The notes under the pieces: model-generated
The model's input: only the letters and a program-made list of their open reading frames with translations
Database searches by the model: none
What the model was told of the DNA's origin: nothing
NCBI GenBank assembly: GCA_051439425.1
Contig: JBFRWD010000167.1
Coordinates: 1 to 14,041, forward strand
Direction: 5' to 3'
Source of the DNA: Synechococcus sp.
GTDB lineage: Bacteria > Cyanobacteriota > Cyanobacteriia > Thermostichales > PCC-7336
DNA: 14,041 nucleotides
Translations under genes and position numbers: made by a program
In this document: positions 1-8,470 of the stretch, one piece after another
Numbering within the stretch: the first letter of the stretch is position 1
Layout of the letters: every line of letters starts with the position of its first letter

Positions 1-211
1 ATGAGATCAATCGCAGACTGAGCCTCTTCCCGTACACTGATATTTCGCCTGATGACTTCTAGAATCCTTACTGAAAGAGGGTTTTAGCCTTAGCGTAGTT
101 TTCTGTTCCAAAACTACTCAAACCCCTTTATCAGCGGCTACACTTGTCTGCTTTGCCTCTAAGTTCTAAATGGCTCGAAGGCAGCTAGATTCCCAGCCCT
201 ACATTTAAGGT

Positions 212-391
212 ATGAACAGCGCCGGTCTTGTTGTCTTCGCCATCGTTTTGGCATTGAGCTTTCTCCCCTCACCAGGGGAATATGCAACGCAATGGTTAGC
301 TCGTTCATCAGTGCACACCTTCATACATGCAGTCGTGCCAGTGTGCACAAGTTCAATAGAACAAGAGTTCAGAGCCATCCCCATTCAGTAG
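212..391 (+). CDS. Possible small protein (59 aa) with hydrophobic N-terminus
   Basis: Manual translation MNSAGLVVFAIVLALSFLPSPGEYATQW...IPIQ*, ATG 212, TAG 389-391. Below the ORF-track cutoff; no family recognised. Confidence 0.25.
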   Translation: MNSAGLVVFAIVLALSFLPSPGEYATQWLARSSVHTFIHAVVPVCTSSIEQEFRAIPIQ

Positions 392-409
392 AGAGAAGGA
401 CGCGCTTAA

Positions 410-455
410 TCCTTACCAGATAGAATAGATTCGTACTTTTAATCCAAAGTAAGGA
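410..455 (+). promoter_or_regulatory. Putative antitoxin operator upstream of the AbrB/VapC pair
   Basis: Inverted repeats TCCTTAC (410-416)/GTAAGGA (449-455) and TACTTT-N6-AAAGTA (434-451) directly before ATG 456. Confidence 0.5.
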
Positions 456-716
456 ATGAAGCCCATCAGCACCACCCTTACCAGCAAAGGGCAAACCACC
501 ATTCCCAAACAGATTCGAGACCTATTGCACCTGCAACCCGGCGATCGCATTGACTTTGTCATCGATGGTGACAAGGTCTACCTCAAACCCGCCAATGTAG
601 ATGTGCGACAACTATCCGGCTTCCTCCACAAGCCCAATCGCCCTCAGGTCTCTCTAGAAGAGATGGAAGAGGCGATCGGCTCCGCTGCCTGCGAGTCTGC
701 TGGGGTAGACGATTGA
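456..716 (+). CDS. AbrB/MazE/SpoVT-family DNA-binding antitoxin (VapB-like)
   Basis: TLTSKGQTTIPKQIRDLLHLQPGDRIDF is the AbrB swapped-hairpin motif; acidic C-terminus; stop overlaps the toxin start (TTGA). Confidence 0.93.
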   Translation: MKPISTTLTSKGQTTIPKQIRDLLHLQPGDRIDFVIDGDKVYLKPANVDVRQLSGFLHKPNRPQVSLEEMEEAIGSAACESAGVDD

Positions 717-1108
717 AGGGACTCGATACGAATGTGCTGCTCCGCTTTTTGATGCGAGATGACGAGCAGCAATGGCAAATAGCCGATGCTTACGTGCGCG
801 AGGCGATCGCTAACGGCGAAAGCTGCTTTATCAACAACATCGTGTTGTGCGAAACGGTCTGGGTCATGCAGCGGGCCTACAAACTATCCCGCGCCGACAT
901 CGTGAATGCTCTAGACCATATCCTCAGCGGCAGTCAGTTTGAATTTGAGGATAAAGGGGTGGTCTTGCTGGCTTTGCAACGGATGCGATCGGGCAAGGCT
1001 GACTTTGCGGACTATCTCATCGGTGCAGTCAACGAACAAGCGGGGTGCAATGAAACCGCGTCATTGGATCGAAAACTAGTCGGCGCGACAGGATTCACTC
1101 ACCCTTGA
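713..1108 (+). CDS. vapC: PIN-domain VapC-family toxin
   Basis: GLDTNVLLR, VLCETVWV, ADFADYLIG and SLDRKL supply the PIN acidic residues; TTG start coupled to the antitoxin stop. Confidence 0.93.
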   Translation: MKGLDTNVLLRFLMRDDEQQWQIADAYVREAIANGESCFINNIVLCETVWVMQRAYKLSRADIVNALDHILSGSQFEFEDKGVVLLALQRMRSGKADFADYLIGAVNEQAGCNETASLDRKLVGATGFTHP

Positions 1109-1178
1109 AGCAAACGCTCCAGTCAATGGGATTGCAGGATTCCAATGATGTTGACTTCAAATTAACCACTGGAACCAC

Positions 1179-1212
1179 TTGACACCAATACTCGCATTTT
1201 GCGAGCATTGGT
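1179..1212 (+). promoter_or_regulatory. Putative higBA promoter/operator
   Basis: TTGACA at 1179-1184, then ACCAATACTCGCA-ttt-TGCGAGCATTGGT (13-bp arms, 1 mismatch, 1184-1212); GAGAGG RBS precedes TTG 1234. No clear -10 box at canonical spacing. Confidence 0.6.
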
Positions 1213-1233
1213 TTATCAGTTGAGAGGCAAACT

Positions 1234-1533
1234 TTGCACGTCATCAGTCGTCCAGCCTTACGCCGATTCAGCAGATCCCACGCTGACGCTGCAGGAGCAC
1301 TGGATAGCTGGTACAAGGTCGCAAGCAAGGCGACGTGGAAAAACCTTACTGAAGTGCAGTCAGATTACCCAAGCTCAGAAGCGGTGGGCGGCTTCACTGT
1401 ATTCAACATCAAAGGCAATCATTACCGGCTGATCATCAGCATTGACTACCCTGGTCAAGCGATTTTCATCAAATATGTCTTGACTCACGCTGAGTACGAC
1501 AAGGATAAGTGGAAAAATGACCCCTATTTCTAG
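1234..1533 (+). CDS. higB: HigB-family mRNA interferase toxin
   Basis: MHVISRPALRRF...W..., TVFNIKGNHYRLI and THAEYDKDKW are typical HigB motifs; toxin-first gene order. Confidence 0.93.
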   Translation: MHVISRPALRRFSRSHADAAGALDSWYKVASKATWKNLTEVQSDYPSSEAVGGFTVFNIKGNHYRLIISIDYPGQAIFIKYVLTHAEYDKDKWKNDPYF

Positions 1534-1906
1534 CGCTGTTGCTGATTTCCTGCCGTGGACAACTCCCAAGTTGATTCAGACAGAGGAGGATTACGAACAA
1601 GCCTTGGCGGTCATTGAATCAATGATGAACCGCGATCGCACGCCAGAGCATTCGGACTTGTTTGATTTGCTGGTGGTGCTCGTGGAGCGATACGAAGATG
1701 AGCACTATCCCATCCCTGACGCTTCACCGAGAGACATGCTGGAGTTTTGGATGGATCAAAAGGGTGTCAAGCAGGCGCAGTTAGTTGGAGTCATTGGCTC
1801 TAGTGGGACTGTGTCAGATCTAGTCAATGGCAAGCGTGAGATATCCAAAAAGCAGGCGCGAGCACTTGGCGATTTTTTCTCAGTGGATTACACGCTCTTT
1901 CTTTGA
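1517..1906 (+). CDS. higA: HigA-family HTH antitoxin
   Basis: IQTEEDYEQAL...LVERYEDEHYPIP, then XRE-type HTH (KQAQLVGVIGSSGTVSDLVNGKREISK); overlaps higB by 17 nt. Confidence 0.93.
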   Translation: MTPISSAVADFLPWTTPKLIQTEEDYEQALAVIESMMNRDRTPEHSDLFDLLVVLVERYEDEHYPIPDASPRDMLEFWMDQKGVKQAQLVGVIGSSGTVSDLVNGKREISKKQARALGDFFSVDYTLFL

Positions 1907-2056
1907 GGGTGAGCCCAACTCCATAGAAAAAAATTCAATCAGAACGAGACACCCGCTCCTGCCAAGACACTTATATGGGAGATCTGGTTCCAGGCTTGGA
2001 AGCGCGATCGCAGAGTATCTCAGTAGAGACTCGCCGCCATTAAATGCCTTCACAGA

Positions 2057-2128
2057 GCCGCAGGATGCGATGAAACCGCTTCGTTCGATCGCAAACTAAC
2101 GGGTGCGACTGGCTTTTGCCGAATGTAG
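2057..2128 (+). pseudogene. 3' remnant of a second VapC/PIN toxin gene
   Basis: Translates AAGCDETASFDRKLTGATGFCRM*; 16 of 19 residues match AGCNETASLDRKLVGATGF of the intact VapC; in-frame stop upstream at 2024-2026. Confidence 0.75.
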
Positions 2129-2224
2129 AGCCCATCCAGATCGAAGTGTTTCCAGCGATGGCTACTCAGATATGACGGCCATGAACAAGAATGGCCTCGA
2201 CCAGAGATCAAGTTAAAATTGGTT

Positions 2225-2698
2225 CTAATTAGAATGATTGGACATAATACCTTCAATATATTTTTCGACCAAAGTATCGCCAAAGCTCGATAAGTGATAC
2301 TGTCTTCCAGGACGTGGTCTTTCGATTAATCCCATTCCTTCTAACTTATCTAGTGATGGTCGATAGAAGTTTGACTGCCTATAAATATTTAGGTATCGTC
2401 CTTCAGGCTCATCAATCAACTCTCGTAAAATTCTAAAATCTTTTCTCTCAAGGAGATCTAACAGTTTTGCGGCTGCTTCAGACTCGTTAGCTGTTTCTTG
2501 CCTAATTTGAGAAGCTTGTTCAGCTGCATTAATAGCTACTTTTGCATCACCAGCCCCAAACTCAACGTTGGTTATTTTGCCGATCCACTCTCCTATCGGG
2601 ACCCTAAGCGTGTAGAGCATGATAAGAACCACTGAGGGCCAAGCAATATCACCTACAAGCTCAAACCAAGATTCGACTAATTGACTGTAACATTCCAT
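2225..2698 (-). CDS. Hypothetical protein, N-terminal TM helix and probable C-terminal winged helix
   Basis: 157-aa low-GC ORF; hydrophobic IAWPSVVLIMLYTL; LDKLEGMGLIERPRPGRQYHLSSFG resembles a wHTH recognition helix and wing. Confidence 0.7.
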   Translation of the reverse strand: MECYSQLVESWFELVGDIAWPSVVLIMLYTLRVPIGEWIGKITNVEFGAGDAKVAINAAEQASQIRQETANESEAAAKLLDLLERKDFRILRELIDEPEGRYLNIYRQSNFYRPSLDKLEGMGLIERPRPGRQYHLSSFGDTLVEKYIEGIMSNHSN

Positions 2699-2699
2699 C

Positions 2700-3280
2700 T
2701 ACAAAGTCTCAGACAAAAACAGCCATTTATCATCAGCATTAAAAGTCGATTAAACAACAAAAAATCGACAATTCACAATCAAATAATAATTTGAGCTCCT
2801 CTTTTAAATACTATAAATATAAAGGCCGACAATGATTTTCTCTGTTCATCTTAATTGCCCCCCAAATCAACACAGAATATATTCATCATCACCTTAAGAA
2901 AAATATTCACAGCCATAATCCATCTATGAATCTGACAGAAGTCCAGATTTTAATTTTTGCCAACAACCTAGATATTATCGAATCATATTGTTTTTCTCTT
3001 AGAATATAATCATTTATTTATTCTTGTCTACAGTATATTGTTGCGAGTTTAATCACTCTAGGCCTACTGCTTTAGATTAGTTAGTTATTGTGAGAATTTA
3101 GCTTATATAATTTTGTCAAAAAAAAGAGTTCACAAAAATATCTTAGCCATCTACATATTTGGGCTTTATTTATTCCGTAAGTGTAAACATCATCTTGCCT
3201 CTACACCAAAAAGTATAATAAGAAGCTTTCTACGTTTATTCTGCCCATAACTATTAAAGCTCTCTTCGATTGTTACCGTC
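2700..3280. other. AT-rich non-coding or decayed region upstream of the Rep-like gene
   Basis: Visibly much lower GC than flanks, many A/T tracts, no ORF of 60 aa or more. Confidence 0.5.
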
Positions 3281-3584
3281 GCAAGATGCATGGCAGCTGC
3301 AACGAGTACGAGCAACAATTCAACACCTCGTTCCTGCACTTCGAGAAAGTCACATCAAGAGAAGGAGTAAGCCATAAACTAACCACAGAAATGTCTTCAC
3401 AGAATCATTTTCTACGTAAAATTGCCGATCGCATACTGAGATCTTCAGTAATTCATAAGAATCACCTATCTATCCCCCCACGAAATCGCGAGTAAAACAG
3501 ACTCTAGCGTGCTGCCGGATACGTTCTTGTAGCAGCACAGTCACAATATCTGCGGCTTAGCTCTCGTCCAGCGATCGCCGCGAT

Positions 3585-3636
3585 GAGGGAATTTCCCTCG
3601 GGTATCTGTTGCAGTTTCAGCAGTGCAAATGCACTG
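3585..3636 (+). promoter_or_regulatory. Two palindromes immediately upstream of the Rep-like start
   Basis: GAGGGAA-t-TTCCCTC (3585-3599) and CAGTGCA-aa-TGCACTG (3621-3636); ATG at 3645. Confidence 0.4.
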
Positions 3637-3644
3637 TACTTATT

Positions 3645-4625
3645 ATGGCGTCTATTAAAGTAGATGGGCCGTTTTTTGCCTTAACTCCAGATTTATTCGA
3701 TCGCCTTTTAAACCTCAATCTCACACGCAATCAATTTCGAATATTTCTCTGGTTTACCACCCGCGATTGGGCGGGCGATCGCTGGGTAGATTTCGACCCG
3801 TCGCAGGTGATGGCCGATTGCCAAGTCAGCCGCAGCAGCTACTACGGAACGATGGCCAAATTCATCGAATGCGGACTGCTCTGCGTCCGCGATCGCTCCT
3901 CCCAGTTCGTCAACCGCCTGGGCTCCCAACATTCCAAATTCCAGGACACCCAGTCCAGAAATCTGGACTCCCAATCCAAAAAACCGGACGCACTGTCCGA
4001 AAAACCGGACGTTCAACAGCCAAAGCCACCGCCGTTAGTGGGTTCTGGCGTACCTCAAACTCAGTCAAACCATTTCAACCTCTCTCAAACCGACTCGGGG
4101 TCAGTAGGCGAGCGCCCACCAGAGAGAGAAAACGCATTCGCTTTTGAAAACCAAACAACCGTTAGAGAAGAAACGCAGCCGCAAGAGGATCTGGCTAACG
4201 TTCAATCGGGCAATCTCCAAGACTGTCTGCAATCTTTCAAACACCAGGACTTCCCCCGCCGCGCCGCCGTCGCAGTGTTGGAGCAAGTTGCTGAGGAAGT
4301 GCCGCAGTTCTGGCAGTGGGTGAAGGACAAGGGGGCGAAGCTGCCCGATCCAGTCAAGAGCTACGAGTTGTGGGGGGCAGCCCAGATTCGCACAGGACAG
4401 ATGGCAGTGTGGTTTGACGAGTGGTTAGAGAGACAACTGGAGGCTCAGGCGATCGCTGTTAAATCCAAGCCGGTGGCCGCGGTGGAGGCTACTCCGGTAA
4501 CTCCGCTCATTCGGTTGCAGACCTGGTGGAATATGAAGCTGTTTGGGAAGGTCAGGGAGGCGATCGCGACTCATCCTGACTGGGGAATTGAGTTAACCGA
4601 TGCGGGACCACAGTTGGCGTTCTAG
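3645..4625 (+). CDS. Putative replication initiator / winged-helix DNA-binding protein (lambda O-like architecture)
   Basis: Likely start ATG 3645. N-terminal wHTH (LTRNQFRIFLWF...QVSRSSYYGTMAKFIECGLL), then a low-complexity linker encoded by 21-bp repeats, then a helical C-terminal domain. Confidence 0.65.
   Translation: MASIKVDGPFFALTPDLFDRLLNLNLTRNQFRIFLWFTTRDWAGDRWVDFDPSQVMADCQVSRSSYYGTMAKFIECGLLCVRDRSSQFVNRLGSQHSKFQDTQSRNLDSQSKKPDALSEKPDVQQPKPPPLVGSGVPQTQSNHFNLSQTDSGSVGERPPERENAFAFENQTTVREETQPQEDLANVQSGNLQDCLQSFKHQDFPRRAAVAVLEQVAEEVPQFWQWVKDKGAKLPDPVKSYELWGAAQIRTGQMAVWFDEWLERQLEAQAIAVKSKPVAAVEATPVTPLIRLQTWWNMKLFGKVREAIATHPDWGIELTDAGPQLAF
3933..4010. repeat. Four iteron-like repeats with 21-bp period inside the Rep-like gene
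   Basis: TCCAAATTCCAGGAC (3933), TCCAGAAATCTGGAC (3954), TCCAAAAAACCGGAC (3975), TCCGAAAAACCGGAC (3996). Copy 2 forms the perfect dyad GTCCAGA-aa-TCTGGAC. Confidence 0.8.
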
Positions 4626-6251
4626 TCAGTCAGTACCAGTAGCCTCCAGTGGAGCTGATTTACCAAGAGTAGCTACCGCGCCTGCAGAATCAGCCAGCGC
4701 TGTCTGAGATGGTCGATTTGCTTCTGCCTGCAAGAAATCAAAAACAGCTTGAGGGTTCATCAAAAACTGGGGATTTGCCTCTAATTTATTTTGAATTTCC
4801 GTTGATACTACAGTCGTAAAGACCTGACTCTTATCGTTCTCATCAGTGACCTTTACGATTATGAGCTTGCCGACAAGCAAAGCAATATTGTCAAATTCTT
4901 TGACCCTATCTAGCAACTCAGCAGTTACCTTCCCCAACTTCTCTGTATTCACTACCCCAGCCTTTTCTAATTGGGCTTCGAGATTAGCCTTCCCGCGATT
5001 AGCCATATCTTTGGTAGTTTCGTAAATCTCGGCCTTCCTTTCAGGCGTCAAAAACCTCGAAATCCCATATCGAATTCGTTTAAAAAGTGAGCCACGTTTT
5101 TTATCTATAACCTCTTCCTGCTCATAGCCAAGGACGGCCATGTAGCGCTCGATGGCAGCTTCTAATGCTTGTTCTTTTTCAAGGTCAACGCCGCGATCGA
5201 GGATATTTATGCTGATTATTTCATTGAGCCATTCAAGCTCTGTTCCTGCATGAATAGCTCCTATAAGGTTGGCTCCTATAAGGTTGGCTCCTGTTAGGTT
5301 GGCTCCTGTTAGGTTGGCTTCTTCGAGGTGGGCTACGTAGAGGTTGGCTCCTGTGAGGTTGGCTCCATAGAGGTTGGCTCCATAGAGGTAGCCTCCGTAG
5401 AGGTTGGCTTTTTCAAGGTTGGCTTCTGTTAGATTGGCGTTTTTGAGATTGACTTCTGTTAAGTTGGCTCTTTCGAGGTTGCCTCTTTCGAGGTTACCTC
5501 TTTCGAGGTTGCCTCTGAAGAGGTTGGCTCTTTCGAGGTTGCCTCTTTCGAGGTTGCCTCTGAAGAGGTTAGCTCTTTCGAAGTAGGCCCCTGTGAGGTT
5601 GGCTCCTGTGAGGTTGGCTCCTGTGAGGTTGGCTTCTGTAAGGTTGGCTTTTTCGAGGTTGGCTCCTTCGAGATTGGCTTCTTCGACGTTGGCTTCTTTG
5701 AGGTTGGCTTCTTCGAGGTTGGCTCCTGTGAGGTTGGCTCCTGTGAGGTTAGCTCCTGTGAGGTTGGCTCCGTAGAAGTAGTTTATGTGGAGGTTGGCTC
5801 TGTGGAGGTTGGCTCCTGTGAGGTTGGCTCTGTAGAGGTTGGCTCCTTCCAGATTGGCTTCTGTGAGGTTGGCTCTGTAGAGGTTGGCTCCTTCCAGATT
5901 GGCTCTGTAGAGGAAGGCTCCTATGAGGTTGGACCCTATGAAGTTGGCTCCTATGAGGTTGGATCCTTCGAGGTTGGATCCTATGAAGTTGGATCCATAG
6001 AGGTTGGCTCCTGTAAGGTTGGCTCCTGTAAGGTTGGCTTCTTCGAGGTTGGCTCCTGTAAGGTTGGCTCCTGTAAGGTTGGCTCCTATGAGGTTGGCTT
6101 TTGCGAGATTGGCTCCTATGAGGTTGGCTTCTTCGAGGTTGACCGCGACCCCAGGATTTTGTTCGCGCCAAGCATTCCAAACCTGTGGCCCTTGACGAAG
6201 AATTTCCAACAAATCAAGGTTATCTAGATCGACAAGAGTTGTGGTCGCCAT
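4626..6251 (-). CDS. Pentapeptide repeat protein with ~200-aa C-terminal domain of unknown function
   Basis: [19 protein letters not shown] cap, ~59 A(N/D)Lxx pentads, then a non-repetitive domain. Start ATG 6251 or TTG 6257 (GAGGT RBS). Confidence 0.92.
   Translation of the reverse strand: MATTTLVDLDNLDLLEILRQGPQVWNAWREQNPGVAVNLEEANLIGANLAKANLIGANLTGANLTGANLEEANLTGANLTGANLYGSNFIGSNLEGSNLIGANFIGSNLIGAFLYRANLEGANLYRANLTEANLEGANLYRANLTGANLHRANLHINYFYGANLTGANLTGANLTGANLEEANLKEANVEEANLEGANLEKANLTEANLTGANLTGANLTGAYFERANLFRGNLERGNLERANLFRGNLERGNLERGNLERANLTEVNLKNANLTEANLEKANLYGGYLYGANLYGANLTGANLYVAHLEEANLTGANLTGANLIGANLIGAIHAGTELEWLNEIISINILDRGVDLEKEQALEAAIERYMAVLGYEQEEVIDKKRGSLFKRIRYGISRFLTPERKAEIYETTKDMANRGKANLEAQLEKAGVVNTEKLGKVTAELLDRVKEFDNIALLVGKLIIVKVTDENDKSQVFTTVVSTEIQNKLEANPQFLMNPQAVFDFLQAEANRPSQTALADSAGAVATLGKSAPLEATGTD
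5259..6143. repeat. 15-bp coding tandem repeat array (~59 units)
   Basis: Units such as AGGTTGGCTCCTGTG recur in strict 15-nt register, with 45-nt higher-order duplications. Confidence 0.95.
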
Positions 6252-6423
6252 GGGCAAGAGCTACCTCGTTAATCTGCTGAGTCACTAGACCTTACTAACC
6301 TTTTCTCCGTCTTTACAACCGAAAAGAGTACAAATTACTCCCACTCTGGCAACAAAAAATACTCGCAACAAGCAGTTCAAAACGCTACTCGTATCCTTGC
6401 TTCGCTAACTCAACCTGCGAATT

Positions 6424-6435
6424 GAGCAATTGCTC
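6424..6435. promoter_or_regulatory. 12-bp perfect palindrome in the divergent promoter region
   Basis: GAGCAATTGCTC about 100 bp upstream of the ATPase start; GAGTA-N5-TACTC also occurs at 6326-6340. Confidence 0.3.
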
Positions 6436-6536
6436 CCTCTTCAGCACCCGATCGCCACTGAAGACAATTCACACTGTCAACATTTATACTCTCAATCCAA
6501 GCAGACCCTTTTTGTTTTCCCGTCCAAAACCCAACA

Positions 6537-7415
6537 GTGAACCCATCAGGAATCGACACCACAACGAACCAGGAACTATCCCTAATCGGTGCCGCGTCTT
6601 CCCGTTGCTACAGAGAGAGTGAGGAAAAAATTTCTCTCGGGGCGTTGGAGAAGGGCGAAAGTCTGCTGCTGGTAGGCGAGCAAGGGTGTGGAAAGACGTT
6701 CCTGGCTCGGCGTCTGATGGCGGGGTTACAGGGTTCTGTGCGCTGGCGGGTGCTGTTGGATGGGGGCGAGACGGTCAAAGAATTCGTGGCTGGCTTCGCT
6801 GAGGCGATCGCGATTGACCCCTACAACGAAGCGGGGAACATTTTGCCTACCACCAAGCTCCGCCCGGAGATCGAGGCAACGATTCGGAATAATCCGACGG
6901 ACGTGGCACTGATTGTGGACGATGCCAATCACCTCTCGAAAACGATCCGGTTATGGCTGTCGAAGTTGGTTGACCTTGGGTTACCGGTATTGCTATTGGC
7001 CACTCGTCCGCCCAACCGCGATATCTTCCGCAAGCTGCCCCGCATTGAGCTGGAGCCGTTGGGGGAGGAGGACATTCGCGAGATGCTGTTCCGGGCGGGG
7101 GGAGATCGCGGGATCGTCATGAGCCCTGCCAAACTTGCAGAGCTGTCGCAGCGGTGCGGGGGGAATCCTCAGTTAGCGAAGCGGGTTGTGACTGAGGAGT
7201 ATCTCAAGTTGCGGCATGTAGGCCCCGACCACACGTTGTTTATTGATGGGGTGCCGTTCCTGCTGGCTGCCGCTGCTTGTCTGGTGATTCTGCGCTACGT
7301 GGGCCTCGGCACTGGGGATCGCAATCTCTATCTGATTGGGGGTATGAGTACGGCGTTTGTCATGGTGGTGCGGGTGTTCGCCACCCAGGTTCCGAAGCGG
7401 GGCAGTCGATTATGA
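6537..7415 (+). CDS. AAA+ (ExeA/AAA_22-like) ATPase with two C-terminal TM helices
   Basis: Walker A GEQGCGKT, Walker B LIVDDAN, IELEPL and GGNP motifs; hydrophobic hairpin VPFLLAAAACLVIL...LYLIGGMSTAFVMVVRVF; no ABC LSGGQ signature. Start uncertain. Confidence 0.88.
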   Translation: MNPSGIDTTTNQELSLIGAASSRCYRESEEKISLGALEKGESLLLVGEQGCGKTFLARRLMAGLQGSVRWRVLLDGGETVKEFVAGFAEAIAIDPYNEAGNILPTTKLRPEIEATIRNNPTDVALIVDDANHLSKTIRLWLSKLVDLGLPVLLLATRPPNRDIFRKLPRIELEPLGEEDIREMLFRAGGDRGIVMSPAKLAELSQRCGGNPQLAKRVVTEEYLKLRHVGPDHTLFIDGVPFLLAAAACLVILRYVGLGTGDRNLYLIGGMSTAFVMVVRVFATQVPKRGSRL

Positions 7416-8470
7416 TGGCCCGCTCCACGATCGCCTTCAGTGTGTCGCTGGGGGCTCTGATTCTGGCGACCACGTCTCCAGCAGAGTTGGCAGTCTGTGC
7501 TGGGGCGTCGCTGCTGCCCGATGTAGATATGAGTCGCAGCTATGCCGGTCGATTTTTGCCGTGGGTGGCCCGGTGGCTGGAGCACCGCTGGGCGCACCGG
7601 ACCATCACCCACTCGTTTGTGGCCAGCATTGCGATCGCTGCGGTGTTGTGGCCCCTCAACTTAGTCGGTCTGGGTTGGGTGTGGCGGGCGGTGGTGTGTG
7701 GCTATTCGTTGGGTTGGTTTTCGGACACGTTTACCAAGGCGGGTGTCTGTGCCTTTTGGCCTGCCCCCCATCGGTTGGTGATGGGCAAGAATCCCCGCTA
7801 CCGATTGGAAACGGGCAGCCGTGCGGAAAACTGGGTGTTCGGCTTCCTATTAATGGCCTGCTGTGGCGCGATCGCTCTGCAGATTCAGGGGGGCATTTTT
7901 AAGGTGTTTTCCCAGGCGTTAGCCATGCCTGCGGGAGCGGTGTCCGCTTACGAAGAAGTGGCGTTTACCCATCGGGCGCAGTTGGAGATCCTGAACGGAT
8001 TTGAAGCGGCCACCCTACAACCCATTCGCCACCAGCGCTACGACATCGTCAAGCGCATCAGCACCTACGACCTATTGGTCAGAGACCGGGATCGCTTCTT
8101 TCAGGCGGGGACGGGATCGGATGTGCACTTGCATGTGAAGCGGGCGCGGGTGCTAGCAGGGGAGCCGGTGCAGTTGGAGGTGGCGGAGGCGTATCCGTCC
8201 TATGTAGATGTGACAGACGTGCTGGAGCCCTACCGAGATCGCGAGGTGTATGTCACCGGTCGGCTGGAGTTGAAGGGGGTGTATAACCTGCCCACGGCCA
8301 ACAGCCCGTCCAGTTTTGCGGTGGTGCGGTTCCAGTACACCAGCCCCGGTGAGGGGGTGGCGCTGTTGGAGAGTTGCCCGATTGAGGTGGCGATCGCCGA
8401 GCTGTCGGAGTTCTACGCCACCACCGGAGAGTTGCAGTTTTTGATTACTAGCGAGGTTGACGATGTTTAA
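7412..8470 (+). CDS. YdjM-like inner-membrane metal-dependent hydrolase with C-terminal soluble extension
   Basis: ATGA overlap with the ATPase stop supports start 7412; LLPDVD, HRTITHS and DTFTKAGV...WP motifs among several TM helices; ~150-aa beta-rich tail. Confidence 0.85.
   Translation: MMARSTIAFSVSLGALILATTSPAELAVCAGASLLPDVDMSRSYAGRFLPWVARWLEHRWAHRTITHSFVASIAIAAVLWPLNLVGLGWVWRAVVCGYSLGWFSDTFTKAGVCAFWPAPHRLVMGKNPRYRLETGSRAENWVFGFLLMACCGAIALQIQGGIFKVFSQALAMPAGAVSAYEEVAFTHRAQLEILNGFEAATLQPIRHQRYDIVKRISTYDLLVRDRDRFFQAGTGSDVHLHVKRARVLAGEPVQLEVAEAYPSYVDVTDVLEPYRDREVYVTGRLELKGVYNLPTANSPSSFAVVRFQYTSPGEGVALLESCPIEVAIAELSEFYATTGELQFLITSEVDDV

Noticed and set aside
1..90. Minus-strand gene start running off the left edge
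   Set aside because: Short open frame (VRILEVIRRNIS...) with no convincing start codon inside the window.
1827..2099. 90-aa ORF overlapping higA
   Set aside because: Overlaps higA out of frame; the real signal here is the vapC remnant in another frame.
3286..3495. 69-aa ORF and a possible decayed gene in the AT-rich spacer
   Set aside because: No recognisable motif; minus-strand frames are broken by many stops.
5259..6143. CRISPR array or DGR variable region in the periodic repeats (also 10616-11065)
   Set aside because: Contiguous in-frame coding repeats without unique spacers; no cas genes, no RT in the window and no template/variable repeat pair.
5404..6227. Alternative-frame ORFs (RLAPV, EVGS, SQPHR repeats) and 10747..11193
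   Set aside because: Shadow frames of the stop-poor pentapeptide arrays.
6327..6340. LexA box upstream of the operon (AGTACAAATTACTC)
   Set aside because: The right half-site and spacing do not fit RGTACNNNDGTWCB.
7277..7411. Upstream extensions of the hydrolase (7277), TolC-like (9455), antidote (13540) and rep (3609) ORFs
   Set aside because: Better starts with coupling, RBS or signal peptides exist at 7412, 9626, 13468 and 3645.
6537..7415. ABC transporter ATPase, Zot/pI or transposon TnsC assignment
   Set aside because: No LSGGQ signature, no small capsid-like genes and no transposase in the window; only a generic AAA+ call is supported.
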